Shown piece by piece: positions 33,063-44,278 of a stretch of 64,000 bases of DNA. The position numbers and the translations under genes are program-made. Each line of letters starts with the position of its first letter. The stretch's first letter is position 1. The DNA is from an uncultured virus (IMG/VR IMGVR_UViG_3300002122_000002) (lineage: Duplodnaviria > Heunggongvirae > Uroviricota > Caudoviricetes). Location: the IMG/VR virus record IMGVR_UViG_3300002122_000002, one strand, 5' to 3'. The notes beneath the pieces are model-generated. The model made no database searches, was not told the origin of the DNA, and was given only the letters and a program-made list of their open reading frames with translations.

Positions 33063-36000
33063 TTGCCAACCTATCCTCCAACTTCTACCCCACCTCCGCC
33101 ATCATTTTCTACCACTAGTCCCGAAGATGTCTTTAGTCGTGCCTCAGCTATAACGGGCAGACAACCGGCATTCGGGGGAGGCGGCGGCGGAGATTTGCCC
33201 CCTCGCCAGAGTAACGAAGGTAGTGATATCTACTTCGTTACCCCTGGTGATTCTTGGGGTTCTATCGCTCTTCGAATATATGGAGACGAGCGGTACAAGG
33301 TAGACCTTCAGGGTTCTAACCCGGGCCGTCAAGTATTGCACCCAGGTATGACCTTGGTGCTGCCAGATAGAGTAGAAGACCCCCGAGTACCTACACTAGA
33401 GAGAGAAGATTTCTGGAATACTGACGCATTTGCGGATACTGTTAATGCCGCAGAAGAGACGCGTCAGATTTTGCCTATCTGGAGACACGCAGAGCAGAAG
33501 TGGCCGGAGTACGGAAATATTGTATTCCTGGGTTTTGATGAGAATAATGATCCGTACCCAACCACTGATCCGACCGGCATGCCCCTATTCTGGGACCCTA
33601 AGCAGCAAACATGGTCTATAGAAGACACCGGCATTTCCTACACAATGGGAATGATCGAGAATGATTTCATTAAGCCCCTGACTCTACAAGAGCGCCAAGA
33701 TTTGTACATAATGGGAGTAGAGCAGAAGCTGCAAGGAATTGAGCTTGGTGCCTATGATGCTGGTGGTACTCAAATGTGGCAGGATTCTATTACTAGAAAT
33801 CTACCCCAAGACACCGCGTTTGTTCCTACTCTGCATGATGTTCCACAACCTACTCCACTGAAACTTGCTTGGTGGGAAAGTGCTTTTGATGCCCTTAGAC
33901 TATTGGAAGAGCCAGTTCGCGGTTTAGCCAATGTTACAACCCGAGAATCAGAGGAAGGGCGTCCGGGTATTTCTCACATGGAGTTGGCGTGGGCCGGTAT
34001 TACAAGTCTTGGGAAGGTATTTGTTACCGGCTTAGGATATGAGTATGCCAATATGCGAGAGGTTGGCGCGGGCATATTTGGACAAGAGATTAAGCCATAT
34101 GGCGTTGATAAAGACACGAACACTAAGTATACAGAAGATGAAATAGACACACTCATCGCTAGTGGACGGGCCGATGAGATTACTTGGGTTACTCCCCCAG
34201 ATTATTGGCGGGGTGAGTTCGACCGCTCTATGGAAACCATGCTTGCCATTTATAGCCGCGGAGGCTTAAGTGGTCGAGTTGGGGACATGGGGATTTATCG
34301 AGATACCTTTGACTCTGATGAAGAGTTTGATGCCTACGTTCAGGGCATCTTTAACGCTGAACCTGGGTTACAACAAGAGGCCTTAGCGAGAAGTAATCGG
34401 GATAGAGATAGAATGGAAGAGACTCGCAAGGAAGCTCTCCATGAGAAGTCGAATTTAGAGTCGCAGGCGCATGCTGCTCTGGCAGAAGGAAAGGGGGGAT
34501 TAGCAGTTAGCCTTATGACCGAGGCTAAGCAGCTTGAACTTCGCGCGGCACATTGGTATAGCCCATTCTTTATGTGGTCTAGACTGGATGAGCCTTGGAG
34601 AGAGGAAGCCTTCCTTAAGGCCGTGGCTATAGCGGAACTTGAGAATATGGGTCCACTAGACCCGCGCGTAATTCGTACCATACGAGATAATTACGAACAT
34701 GCGGGCGTAAACCTTGCCATGGGTATTGCTTTCGACATATCCAACTTCATGGGCATTGGCACAGGGAAAAAGATTCTTTCAGAGGTGGGTGGAGGAATCG
34801 GTGATCTATTTAGACTAGGTGGCCGGGCGGTTAGGTCTACGGGCGTGCTTGAGACTAAGCCCATCAGAACTGTGCTAGATTTCTTCTTTGCAGAGGCTCA
34901 TAGCTCTGTTGCTGGAGTTTATAAGAGAAATGCAAGTAACTTGATTCAGAAGCTGGCGCAAGGTACTGAACAAACCTTGACAGGGCCTATTGGTACAACC
35001 CGTGGTTTAGACCAGATGATTGAAGTTTTGGCTTCGGCTGCTAAAGGCAACCCAGACGCAATCGCAGAATTACCTGCGAGTGTGACGCGAAGATGGCAAG
35101 TTCTTGCGCGCGGTTTACAGGACTTATACAATCCTAATATGTCCGAAGCATGGATGCAGCGCATTAACCCAGACAACTGGGGACAACTTATTGACGATGC
35201 CTATAACATCATCTTTCAGCGCAGTTATGACCGTGCGATCCGGGACACCATTCGAGATTTCCCTAATCTGCCAGTAGCTCAGCAGGTAAGTAAGGCTAAG
35301 GCTATTGCAGAAGAAATCGCATCTAAGCCACGTCTCGTTGCTGGTGAGTTTGCACAGAACTTTGAAACTGTCTATAGACGATTGCATGAAACAAAGCTAG
35401 GTCCAGAGACTTTGGACGACAACCCTATTTGGCAGTTTATGAAGCGCATTGGCGTGAATATGGAAGGCGACATGGAGTTGGGTCGCGGCGCGTTTAAACT
35501 GTTCTACGGATTCAGAAACCACTTGTTTGAGTGGTGGTTGGGATTGCGTCCGGGCTGGACGGCTATTAACTACCTGGATTCTACTGTACGTTTCTTGCTC
35601 TCGGGCGGTAAGTTGTATGATGACATGGGCACTCTACATAGCATCAATACTCGTCGATTGCTTGGTCGTAATCTTCTTCGAGAAGAATTTAAGACGGCAT
35701 TTAGTCGTGCTATCCACGAACTAGAAGGGGAATTAGATTACGTTGAACCCATTGTGGAGAGAGCACTGCAGGGCCAACGGTTTAAGTATGGTCCACTAAG
35801 TCTTCTAACTGACGCTCGGCGACAAATTATTGCAGAGAAGAGAGCAGTACGGCAGGCGCGCAGCGCAACAGATAACTTGTTGCAGAAGATTTTGCGCTGG
35901 TCTTGGGATCAAGTAGGTATGACCAAGAACATTCTAGCGCGTGGGGCAGTCAATACAAATGCACTGATAGAATTCGGGCTTCGAACTAGATTGTCTATCC

Positions 36001-39000
36001 AGAAGTTTGATTCTGTATTCTGGACAATGGATCAGTTTAATTTGGAGAAGATCGTCGATGACATGGTTCAACTGGGTGCGACTCCCGATACCATTTCTGC
36101 TTTTCGTAAAGCATGGTTAGCGTCCGCTGATGATGTAGAGAAAGCCGCAGAGTTTATGAACATACTGGGTGGCTCAGGTAGACGAAGCGAGCGTTTATTC
36201 TCGCAGATACTTCCAGATAACTGGGAAGATATACTTCAAAAGAACGGAGTGGACCGCCGGATGCGGGCGCTCATCTTCCGGCCTATTGTCGAGGATATTG
36301 AAGATGTACTGCGCAAGGTAAAGCCAGAAGGCAGAGTTCAAGCCGTCACAGAGTATGTAGATGAGGCAATCTACAAGATCAACTCAGAGTTAGTTGATCG
36401 TAGTAATGACCCAGCCCTAAGATCGCTTGCTGATGATATGCGACCGGGCGGCACTGCGGGCACTACACGACCAATCCCTGGAGTAGTAGAACCAGTAGTT
36501 ATTGACCGAACGCGCAGTGGTGCGGTTCGTGTTGGTGATGATTGGTGGCGTCCAGTAAAGGATGGTGAAGTATTCGAACCTGGACATGAATTTCGCATGG
36601 GGCTTGGCGACGGCGAGCAGACTTGGGTAAAGATGACTCCCGAGGAAGCTCGGGATGCCGTACGTACTCGTGGGTCCGGCGGCGTTCGGCTCGGCGTACA
36701 GGAAGGAGAAGTACGCCTAGGACTGGAAGGTGAGGAACTAACCGTAACTACCGAGCAAATGCGAGTAGGCAAGAAGATTGTCTACACCATGAGCGAGGAT
36801 TACTACCGCCTTGGAGAACTGCAACGTGAGTCTACCGCCCGGCTATTCGATGCCGAACGACAAATCTCTGAAGCCATAGACACGGCGGCTGGGACCGCTG
36901 AGGCACTTGCAAAGGGCACACAAAACCTTGCAGTTGCTAAAGCTCTGTTGCATCATGATGCACAACTTCGTCTCATTCGAGATAATGTTAAGAAGTTTTT
37001 CCTGCGCGTCTTCCCTGGTCCCTTAAGACTTGATCCAGGTCCTCTTCGAGCAGCGGCGTGGGAACATTTTGATCGCCTTGGTCAGCAAGTTTACGAAGCC
37101 ATCATCACTTTCAATGATGAGGCTATCGAAGCCGCTCTCCGGGGAGAGATCGTGGAAGTGCCGGGTCTTCGAGACATCCTGTTTAAGGCTGGCGTTGACC
37201 TAGACTTTGAGAATGGGGCACTGCGGGCTATTCGTCTAACCGACGCAGGCGCGGGTACGCGTGTGTCTTTTAGTTCTTGGCGGGGTACGGTGTACCTACG
37301 CAAACACCTGATTCAAAGCTTCTTTGGAAGAAACGTAACTATCAAGAACGCGGAAGCGGCCTTTAACGCCGCCTTTACTGCACAGCATGTAGCGTCTACT
37401 AGCGCGGCTCAGACCACCGCGGACGTAGCAAAGGTTGTGGCTAAGGAGTTTGGAGAGAACGCCGGGCAGGTTATTGACGATGCTACTCAACACGCAGATA
37501 ACTTGTGGGAAGCCTTCGCTACTCAGGCTGATGATGGTGGAGAGTCGCTACGAAGTCGCTGGGGGGCAGAAGCCACTCAAACTCGTCAGGGATTCATTGA
37601 CTTCTTAGAACAAGAAGTTGCTCGTCTAAGTGGCCTTTCAGATCAATTATTTGTTCAGGGTGAAGCATTAGGAAGATATGCTTCTGGATACATGTCCAGA
37701 TCGCAAATAGAAACTCGTTTAGCGCAAATAACAAGTGAAATCTTTGACATGCCAGCGGGCTCTTCAGAACTTCAATGGGCAAGAGCAGAACAGGGCGCAC
37801 TAAATGATGCTTTACGACGAGGGATTACAGAAGCAGCGGCACCTCCCGTACATCAAGATACCATTGGAGCCCTACGTCGCCTACAGGACGAAGCCCGAGC
37901 CCTGGCCGTGTCTATTGACATCGCTACTCTGCCCCCAGAATTAGTGGGGCACGCGGCGGGTCCGATCCCTCGCTGGATGCTATCTGACGGTATTCAGTCC
38001 TGGTTGCGAATTACGAATGACATCACTGCCCAGAGATCGGCGCTTACAAGAAGCTTGGAAGAACTGAAGCAGGGCATAGTAAAGGGCCTCGCTGACGGCA
38101 CAATGGATTTTGCCAACATCCCAGCCGACCAGAGAACGCTTATTCGGGGAATCCTTGATGAGGCTATTTGGCGAAAGGGAGCGGCACACGACGTTGCTAT
38201 GGATGGAACCAAGGCAATTGCGGATGTTAATCCAGGCCGTCTAGAAGAACTTTCAGCGATGACTAATGCTGCCACGGGCACAGACACATTTGAGGGGGCA
38301 GTTAAGTTTACGCAGGACCGGATGTTGGAATACGGTAGGAACTATCGTATTGACAACATGATAAAATCTGTCTCCCCATTCTGGATGTTCCAGAGTCGTG
38401 GACCGATATTTTGGATTAAGGCTTTTGCGCAGCACCCAGAATATTTGGCGTGGTGGAGTCGATATCAGAGAACCCAACGCAAGCACCAGATTGACAACGG
38501 TGCGACCGATAGTGCAGGCCGACCATTGCGCAGCCTATACGGATACTTTCGATTGCCCGGTACTGATCTATGGTTCAACCCAATATACTTTTCTTCGGGT
38601 AAATACGTATTGCCGCGGCCTTCTCCATATGCTGGAGAGTTTCCTGACAACATTGGACCATATGAAGAGGCTCTTAACTATGCTTACGAGTATGGACAGA
38701 TGTTTGGTTTCCGACCGGCCCCATGGATTCAATTCCTCTTGATTCAGGGAGGAATGCTTGATACTCAGAGATACCCTGTGGGCTCTTTGATTTCACAAGT
38801 GGATGTGGTAGTTCCTCCATGGATTCAGCGGGACATTCGACGCGCGCTTCGCCAGTCTCGTTACCCAGGAGACCCTGGCCTGTTTACTGAGGATGTAGGA
38901 TGGATGGACTTCTTGGTAGAACAGGAAATATATATGCGCGCCCTGCAGGAGCTTACGGAGAATCCAGATAATCTTGCCAAAGTGCAGAGCGAGATTTACA

Positions 39001-41141
39001 ATGCTCTTGGTTTCGTGGTTACTGGCTATGATGAATTTGGTGCGCCGACCTTTGATAAAGAACACATTACACGTAATCGAGAAAATCCTCGATGGATAGC
39101 GGCTCGCGACCATATCGAGCAAACCCAGTACTACTCACAGCTTCTGGGCTTCTTTACTGGAATCTATCCAAAGGAATTTTCAGACGCCGAAGCTCAGCTC
39201 ATGGCGGTTCGAGATAACCTTAACTTCTTGAAGGATTCTATTAATAACGTAACTGGTACCGCGATCTTCCAACTTGATCCTGTACCAGAGACTCGTATGG
39301 AGATTTACCAGAATATGAAGTGGGAAACCCCAGAGGGGTGGGTTTCTCAGCTTTATGGCGCTTCACGTTGGGTAGAGACGCAGGGCGGCGGACAGGCTTA
39401 TGGACAAGAGCGTATTGAACTCATGGCTCAGAGAATTCATGAGAATGAAGTCACTCAAGCCTACTATGATTCCTTGGCCTTGGCACACGATCAGCTTAAT
39501 GAGTGTCAGCTTAGCGGCGGTATTGGTTCAGACTCCGCGGTACGCCGAACCTGCTTTAAGAACTATTTCCGTACCCGCAAGGCTCTGGACGATCATCCTG
39601 CTTATGCTGTGGCACAGCGAGATTGGATCGTTGGCTACAAGACTGAAAAGACGATTGCAGATAACTTTGAACGGATGTGGTGGAGTTACATTGATGCCAC
39701 GATGCCTAAGTGGTATGTTGAAGATGAGGAACCATATGACAGTTGGGTTGCGCGCGTAGAGGCGTGGAAGGAAGACTTACCTGGAGTCGGAACCGATCTA
39801 GCTGGCGCATTCTTGGTTCACGAAGTTGCGGGTCGCGCTGGTTTTGAGGATGGCGAGAATCCATTAGAGATTCCGGGCCATCGAATAATCGTACCGGAGG
39901 CCGTGGTTAAAGGACTATTGAAGCAGACAAATGCCGAAGGCTATGACGCATATCGCTTAAAGAACGATACGGCATTTGAGGCCATGAATAACGCATTCAA
40001 GGCTCTACAGTGGGACCCATATATGGCTAAGCAGAAAGAATGGGAATCTTTGAACTCTTATGAGCAAGAAACTGCTGAGCAAGAATGGTTAGAAAAGGCT
40101 AAGGGTCTTGGGCTACCAGAACTTCAACGATGGATATTGGAGAATTACCCAGAGGGTAAGTTTACGCCAGCGCAGTTGGCGGAAGTCTTTGGTGCTACAT
40201 CCCTAAAGACTATTGAGGAAAGAAATCTTCCGAATAGTGAACGGGGAGTTGTAGAAAGCGAAGTGTGGGAAATGTTGGCAGCGATCGGCCCGGGCGAGAA
40301 CTTCGATGTATTCAAGGAAGCTTTCGTAAAGGCGGGCGGTGAGACTGACAGCATTACTGCTTGGTATGAAACCGGCGGCGGGTTTGAGGACTACGCTAAG
40401 CTTCAAGAGTTGCATGGCATAGTCAAGAAGACTGCCGAGGCCATGGGAGTAGGTACACCCACTCAGGCACAGTTAGTCGAGTGGGGAGCGGCCAAGCGGC
40501 TAAACGATGATTTCTGGAAGGGAATAACCAATACCTTCGGTGAGGATTTCCGACACCTATTGGCTGTATATGGCGTTCTATCTGGAGCCGATAAAAAGGC
40601 ATACAGAAAGGACAACCCAGAGATTGACGAATACTACGATATGCGAGACGCCTATGGCGAAGACAACCAACTTTGGGCTAAGTACTACAATCCAGAAGCC
40701 TACACAACCCAGACTGGCTTGGCCGGAGAAGGCGCAGAGAAGCGTGGAACTTCTGGTGGGGGTGGTGGCGGTGGAGGCCGAAGACAGACTTCCTTTAGTG
40801 GTGGTGGGGGTGGTAGCTTTACTCCAAGAGAAACAATGGTGGGGCAGGGTTATCGCTCTACCTATGATACTAATCGGCTGGCCGATCCTCGAATCTTGGG
40901 TTCTGGCGGCGTAGCAGGGTCTCCGTTCTGGCCGGCTGGGTTCGGCAAGGGTACTCCAAAGGGTGTATTGAATGAGATCGTGGACCTAAAGGCTGAGGGT
41001 AAGCCGCTATCTGGTCCAGCTTTGGCCTACTTGGGGGCCGTAAAGGCAGGGGAATGGGCCGCTTACATAGCCGAACTTATTGCCGAGAGCCAGAAGGCTG
41101 CAACAAAGGGTGGGGGCGGCGGCGTAGTTACGAAGGTCTAG
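33063..41141 (+). CDS. Giant 2692-aa putative ejection/internal virion protein with N-terminal LysM domain
   Basis: YFVTPGDSWGSIALRIYG...N....LHPGMTLVLP = LysM; rest mostly helical and acidic. Confidence 0.7.
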   Translation: MPTYPPTSTPPPPSFSTTSPEDVFSRASAITGRQPAFGGGGGGDLPPRQSNEGSDIYFVTPGDSWGSIALRIYGDERYKVDLQGSNPGRQVLHPGMTLVLPDRVEDPRVPTLEREDFWNTDAFADTVNAAEETRQILPIWRHAEQKWPEYGNIVFLGFDENNDPYPTTDPTGMPLFWDPKQQTWSIEDTGISYTMGMIENDFIKPLTLQERQDLYIMGVEQKLQGIELGAYDAGGTQMWQDSITRNLPQDTAFVPTLHDVPQPTPLKLAWWESAFDALRLLEEPVRGLANVTTRESEEGRPGISHMELAWAGITSLGKVFVTGLGYEYANMREVGAGIFGQEIKPYGVDKDTNTKYTEDEIDTLIASGRADEITWVTPPDYWRGEFDRSMETMLAIYSRGGLSGRVGDMGIYRDTFDSDEEFDAYVQGIFNAEPGLQQEALARSNRDRDRMEETRKEALHEKSNLESQAHAALAEGKGGLAVSLMTEAKQLELRAAHWYSPFFMWSRLDEPWREEAFLKAVAIAELENMGPLDPRVIRTIRDNYEHAGVNLAMGIAFDISNFMGIGTGKKILSEVGGGIGDLFRLGGRAVRSTGVLETKPIRTVLDFFFAEAHSSVAGVYKRNASNLIQKLAQGTEQTLTGPIGTTRGLDQMIEVLASAAKGNPDAIAELPASVTRRWQVLARGLQDLYNPNMSEAWMQRINPDNWGQLIDDAYNIIFQRSYDRAIRDTIRDFPNLPVAQQVSKAKAIAEEIASKPRLVAGEFAQNFETVYRRLHETKLGPETLDDNPIWQFMKRIGVNMEGDMELGRGAFKLFYGFRNHLFEWWLGLRPGWTAINYLDSTVRFLLSGGKLYDDMGTLHSINTRRLLGRNLLREEFKTAFSRAIHELEGELDYVEPIVERALQGQRFKYGPLSLLTDARRQIIAEKRAVRQARSATDNLLQKILRWSWDQVGMTKNILARGAVNTNALIEFGLRTRLSIQKFDSVFWTMDQFNLEKIVDDMVQLGATPDTISAFRKAWLASADDVEKAAEFMNILGGSGRRSERLFSQILPDNWEDILQKNGVDRRMRALIFRPIVEDIEDVLRKVKPEGRVQAVTEYVDEAIYKINSELVDRSNDPALRSLADDMRPGGTAGTTRPIPGVVEPVVIDRTRSGAVRVGDDWWRPVKDGEVFEPGHEFRMGLGDGEQTWVKMTPEEARDAVRTRGSGGVRLGVQEGEVRLGLEGEELTVTTEQMRVGKKIVYTMSEDYYRLGELQRESTARLFDAERQISEAIDTAAGTAEALAKGTQNLAVAKALLHHDAQLRLIRDNVKKFFLRVFPGPLRLDPGPLRAAAWEHFDRLGQQVYEAIITFNDEAIEAALRGEIVEVPGLRDILFKAGVDLDFENGALRAIRLTDAGAGTRVSFSSWRGTVYLRKHLIQSFFGRNVTIKNAEAAFNAAFTAQHVASTSAAQTTADVAKVVAKEFGENAGQVIDDATQHADNLWEAFATQADDGGESLRSRWGAEATQTRQGFIDFLEQEVARLSGLSDQLFVQGEALGRYASGYMSRSQIETRLAQITSEIFDMPAGSSELQWARAEQGALNDALRRGITEAAAPPVHQDTIGALRRLQDEARALAVSIDIATLPPELVGHAAGPIPRWMLSDGIQSWLRITNDITAQRSALTRSLEELKQGIVKGLADGTMDFANIPADQRTLIRGILDEAIWRKGAAHDVAMDGTKAIADVNPGRLEELSAMTNAATGTDTFEGAVKFTQDRMLEYGRNYRIDNMIKSVSPFWMFQSRGPIFWIKAFAQHPEYLAWWSRYQRTQRKHQIDNGATDSAGRPLRSLYGYFRLPGTDLWFNPIYFSSGKYVLPRPSPYAGEFPDNIGPYEEALNYAYEYGQMFGFRPAPWIQFLLIQGGMLDTQRYPVGSLISQVDVVVPPWIQRDIRRALRQSRYPGDPGLFTEDVGWMDFLVEQEIYMRALQELTENPDNLAKVQSEIYNALGFVVTGYDEFGAPTFDKEHITRNRENPRWIAARDHIEQTQYYSQLLGFFTGIYPKEFSDAEAQLMAVRDNLNFLKDSINNVTGTAIFQLDPVPETRMEIYQNMKWETPEGWVSQLYGASRWVETQGGGQAYGQERIELMAQRIHENEVTQAYYDSLALAHDQLNECQLSGGIGSDSAVRRTCFKNYFRTRKALDDHPAYAVAQRDWIVGYKTEKTIADNFERMWWSYIDATMPKWYVEDEEPYDSWVARVEAWKEDLPGVGTDLAGAFLVHEVAGRAGFEDGENPLEIPGHRIIVPEAVVKGLLKQTNAEGYDAYRLKNDTAFEAMNNAFKALQWDPYMAKQKEWESLNSYEQETAEQEWLEKAKGLGLPELQRWILENYPEGKFTPAQLAEVFGATSLKTIEERNLPNSERGVVESEVWEMLAAIGPGENFDVFKEAFVKAGGETDSITAWYETGGGFEDYAKLQELHGIVKKTAEAMGVGTPTQAQLVEWGAAKRLNDDFWKGITNTFGEDFRHLLAVYGVLSGADKKAYRKDNPEIDEYYDMRDAYGEDNQLWAKYYNPEAYTTQTGLAGEGAEKRGTSGGGGGGGGRRQTSFSGGGGGSFTPRETMVGQGYRSTYDTNRLADPRILGSGGVAGSPFWPAGFGKGTPKGVLNEIVDLKAEGKPLSGPALAYLGAVKAGEWAAYIAELIAESQKAATKGGGGGVVTKV

Positions 41142-41144
41142 CAC

Positions 41145-41174
41145 TTGACATGGGATGGTTCGTTTTGGTATTAT
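41145..41174 (+). promoter_or_regulatory. sigma70-type promoter for capsid genes
   Basis: TTGACA-18 nt-TATTAT with TG extension. Confidence 0.65.
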
Positions 41175-41259
41175 TAGGACAGTGGGCGTAAAGCTCGCTA
41201 TTTTTACGTACAANAATCTAATGGTAGACGGCACCCTTTAGCCGTCCGTGGAGGTAAGA

Positions 41260-42096
41260 ATGGAGCCAGAAATGGTAGCCAATTCTGCCGCACCGGGCAC
41301 ACAGCCCGTAGGCGGCGAAGCCGCGGACAAGGTAGACTGGGCAGCTCAAGCGGCGGAACTTAAGAGCACACTTGAAGCAACTCAGACTTCTCTTAACGCG
41401 ATGAAGACTGAGAATGATCGAAACCTGAGACGGCTGCAAAGCACGTATCAAGGGCAGATCAACTCTCTAAGTGCACAATCTGAAGAAGAGAAGGCACGAT
41501 GGGAAGAGGCTTACCACCGGGAGAAGATGGCCGGAATGGAAGAAGCCGAAGCGTTGCGTTACGATAACTCTCGCCTTTCTAAGTTAGTAGAAGAGCGCGA
41601 GTTTCGAATGCGCGCAATACAGCAGCAAGCGGCAGATGCCCAGGCAGCGGCTGGTTATCTGCAGCAATTTACCGCACTGGGCGTTCCTGTAACCAGTCTA
41701 AACACCAGTGGGTCCCTACAGGACCTTGCTGATAGTGGATGGAATGGACTGCAGGCAGTACGTGCTCAGGAACGTAAGACGATCACTGAGTACGACGGTA
41801 AGTTGTCGGCAATCCAGGCTCAGCTTGATACCTTAAAGAAGGGCAGCGAATCCTTGGACCCGAACGCGATTGCTCAACGTGCTGGGGACTTGACTCCTCC
41901 AAACGTGGCAACTCTTACTCACGGGAACCCAACAGTTCCTCGAACGGAGTTGCAGGCGCTGGAAGCAGCAGCCCAGTATTTCGGCGGCGTAAAGCCGACT
42001 TTGGAACAACTGTATCGTGCCGTTGAGACGAGACAGCTACCCGCATCAGTATTGCCGGGATTAGAGGGTATGCCCCTAGAAGAACCAAAGAGATAA
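41260..42096 (+). CDS. Capsid scaffolding protein (putative)
   Basis: Coiled-coil protein directly upstream of MCP; GGAGG RBS. Confidence 0.7.
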   Translation: MEPEMVANSAAPGTQPVGGEAADKVDWAAQAAELKSTLEATQTSLNAMKTENDRNLRRLQSTYQGQINSLSAQSEEEKARWEEAYHREKMAGMEEAEALRYDNSRLSKLVEEREFRMRAIQQQAADAQAAAGYLQQFTALGVPVTSLNTSGSLQDLADSGWNGLQAVRAQERKTITEYDGKLSAIQAQLDTLKKGSESLDPNAIAQRAGDLTPPNVATLTHGNPTVPRTELQALEAAAQYFGGVKPTLEQLYRAVETRQLPASVLPGLEGMPLEEPKR

Positions 42097-42149
42097 CGCA
42101 ATCTCTTCTTCGTAAGGATGCCATCTAAGCCTAGGCACAAGAGGCTAAA

Positions 42150-43154
42150 ATGGCGCAAGCAAGTGTTGCAAATTATGCAGGCGCGGTTAAGACAAACTTT
42201 TCCCGCCGACTCCTAAGCCGAGCACTACCTCGTTTAGTGCACGGTCGTTGGGCTACCCCAGCCACCCTAACTGGCTATGGTACTCTAGAGCTTCGCAGAT
42301 ACGAGTCACTTTCAGCCATCACAGTTCCGCTAGCACAGGAAGGTGTGACCCCGGTTGAAGGTTCTGCACCTACCTTGACTCAGCTTACAGTGACCCCTGT
42401 GTACTACGGTACATGGATGGGTTACACCCAGCGGATCGTAGAGCAGGGTTACGACCCTATTCTATCTGAAATGGTGGGTGTGCTAGGCGAGCAGGCAGGT
42501 CTTTCTGCGGATACTCTGCTTCGAAACGACTTGACAGACGGTGCAACCACTGACTTCTCAGCAGGTCAGACTGCAAGAACTTCTTTGGACAGCACCTTGT
42601 CACACGAAATCACGTTCGACGACATCCTAATTCAGCTTGCTGAGTTGGAGAATCAGAACGCGAGACCCGTGGAGGGTGGTCGCTTCGCATGTGTTCTACA
42701 CCCTTACACCTGGAAGAACCTGCTACAGGATGACACCTTCATGGCGGCATTCGTACAGGAAGCTCCGAACACCGCTATCCGATCGGGTATGCTGGGAACG
42801 CTTATGAACTGTGTATTCTACATGAGTTCAAACGCCCGCATCTACGTTGACGGTGGCGCAACGAACACGGATGTCTACGACATGCTGTTCATCGGCGCCG
42901 ACTCCCACGGTGTTGCCGGATTTGCAAGCCAGATGCCGAATCTAAACCCAACGGCTGCTCCTGCGGACTACAACCCAGGTGGAAACACCGGGGGCGGAGT
43001 TAACAGCGTGGAGATCATCCGCAAGGGCCTTGGTGAGACGGGCTTCGACCCATTGAACCAGCGAGGTACCTTGGCTTGGAAGTTCGCGTTCGACGTTCTA
43101 GTAACGCAGGCCAACTGGCTTCGAAACCTAGAGCACTGCAACGACTTCAGCTAA
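42150..43154 (+). CDS. Major capsid protein, N4-gp56 family (HK97 fold)
   Basis: LL.RA.P.LVH, RRY..L, EGVTP, YG, GEQAG, HP...DL-like, DPLNQRGT..WK motifs. Confidence 0.9.
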   Translation: MAQASVANYAGAVKTNFSRRLLSRALPRLVHGRWATPATLTGYGTLELRRYESLSAITVPLAQEGVTPVEGSAPTLTQLTVTPVYYGTWMGYTQRIVEQGYDPILSEMVGVLGEQAGLSADTLLRNDLTDGATTDFSAGQTARTSLDSTLSHEITFDDILIQLAELENQNARPVEGGRFACVLHPYTWKNLLQDDTFMAAFVQEAPNTAIRSGMLGTLMNCVFYMSSNARIYVDGGATNTDVYDMLFIGADSHGVAGFASQMPNLNPTAAPADYNPGGNTGGGVNSVEIIRKGLGETGFDPLNQRGTLAWKFAFDVLVTQANWLRNLEHCNDFS

Positions 43155-43187
43155 ACCTGAGTCAAATCCTGAATGAGGTAAACTAAT

Positions 43188-43718
43188 ATGGCTAGCAAGC
43201 AAATCCCTGTGGTGGGTGAGGCCTTTCTAGGTTCTGACCCACTAGTCCAGAAGATGATCCGAATTACCTTCGGTAGCTCGGGTTTCTCTGGCTCAAATGA
43301 TGTTGATGTTACTACGGCGTCTGTAGCCGCGGGTGTGGGTACTCTAGGTGTTGGTCAGCTTTTGACCTTTGCCGACAGCAACTATCGCCTACTTAACATC
43401 ATCTTCAACGTTGTTGAGGTGTTCTCTGTTGGAGCAATCAACGTTGGAGTAGACTCTGACCCAGTAGCGTTCGCTTCGGACACTGGTGCACATGCGGCAG
43501 ACTTTACCGCAGCAAGCATCTTCGATCTTCGCTATGGACAGAGCACTGGCGTTGGCGCGGGAATCCCGCTTTCAACGGTTTCCGTGCTATTCGGCGGAGC
43601 ATGGCCTGCGGACAGTGATGACTTCATCTCTTTGTCATTCTCTGGTGCCGCAACTCTGGGAACTGAAGGACACTGCGAAATGTATGTGTTCTACCTAGAA
43701 GTTCCAGACCAGCCGTAA
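43188..43718 (+). CDS. Putative capsid decoration protein
   Basis: Beta-rich, directly after MCP, GAGG RBS. Confidence 0.55.
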   Translation: MASKQIPVVGEAFLGSDPLVQKMIRITFGSSGFSGSNDVDVTTASVAAGVGTLGVGQLLTFADSNYRLLNIIFNVVEVFSVGAINVGVDSDPVAFASDTGAHAADFTAASIFDLRYGQSTGVGAGIPLSTVSVLFGGAWPADSDDFISLSFSGAATLGTEGHCEMYVFYLEVPDQP

Positions 43719-43738
43719 TCTAGACGAGGTAAACTAAA

Positions 43739-44212
43739 ATGGCTGCAAGAAAGATTCCTGCGTGGCCGAAAGGCATCGCTGGTAACGTATGGGCCAATAA
43801 GTTGGCAGACGCAAGTTTGTACGCTATTGAGTCCGACGTTATCAACTTTGACACGGGCACAGCCGTAAGAATTTTCTCCATCCCAGAGGATACAATCCTT
43901 TGGGCTGCCGGACTAGAGATCGTTACTGCCTTTAACAAACCTAACGGTTCCATTGTTCTTCGGGATACCGAGGTTGCCTTAGCAACTTTTGCTGGTCCTT
44001 CTATTGAGGCTACTGGTTTTGTTGAGCAGGTTCTACTAAAGCGATATGCTAGGTTTGCTGGAAGCGGCGTAGGTTCAGTCGGACTTCCTGGTAGACAACA
44101 GCGTGAACTTCAGGTAGACGTTAACGGTGGAGCCGGAACAACGGGCATAGCTCGTTGTTGGATCGTGATTAAGCCTAATCGGGCAGACGCTTTCCGCAAG
44201 GACTATGTTTAA
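43739..44212 (+). CDS. Putative virion structural protein
   Basis: IP..T....LEIVTAFN pattern of capsid cement-like proteins. Confidence 0.55.
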   Translation: MAARKIPAWPKGIAGNVWANKLADASLYAIESDVINFDTGTAVRIFSIPEDTILWAAGLEIVTAFNKPNGSIVLRDTEVALATFAGPSIEATGFVEQVLLKRYARFAGSGVGSVGLPGRQQRELQVDVNGGAGTTGIARCWIVIKPNRADAFRKDYV

Positions 44213-44278
44213 TCTGAGTTAACAATCTAGGGGGCGGAACAACCGCCCCTACTCACACTCGATGAAGGAGTTGATAAA

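Noticed and set aside
33063..41141. Virion RNA polymerase (N4/crAss-like) or tape measure
   Set aside because: No DxDGD or T7-type polymerase motifs, no TMP repeats and no tail tube/chaperone context seen
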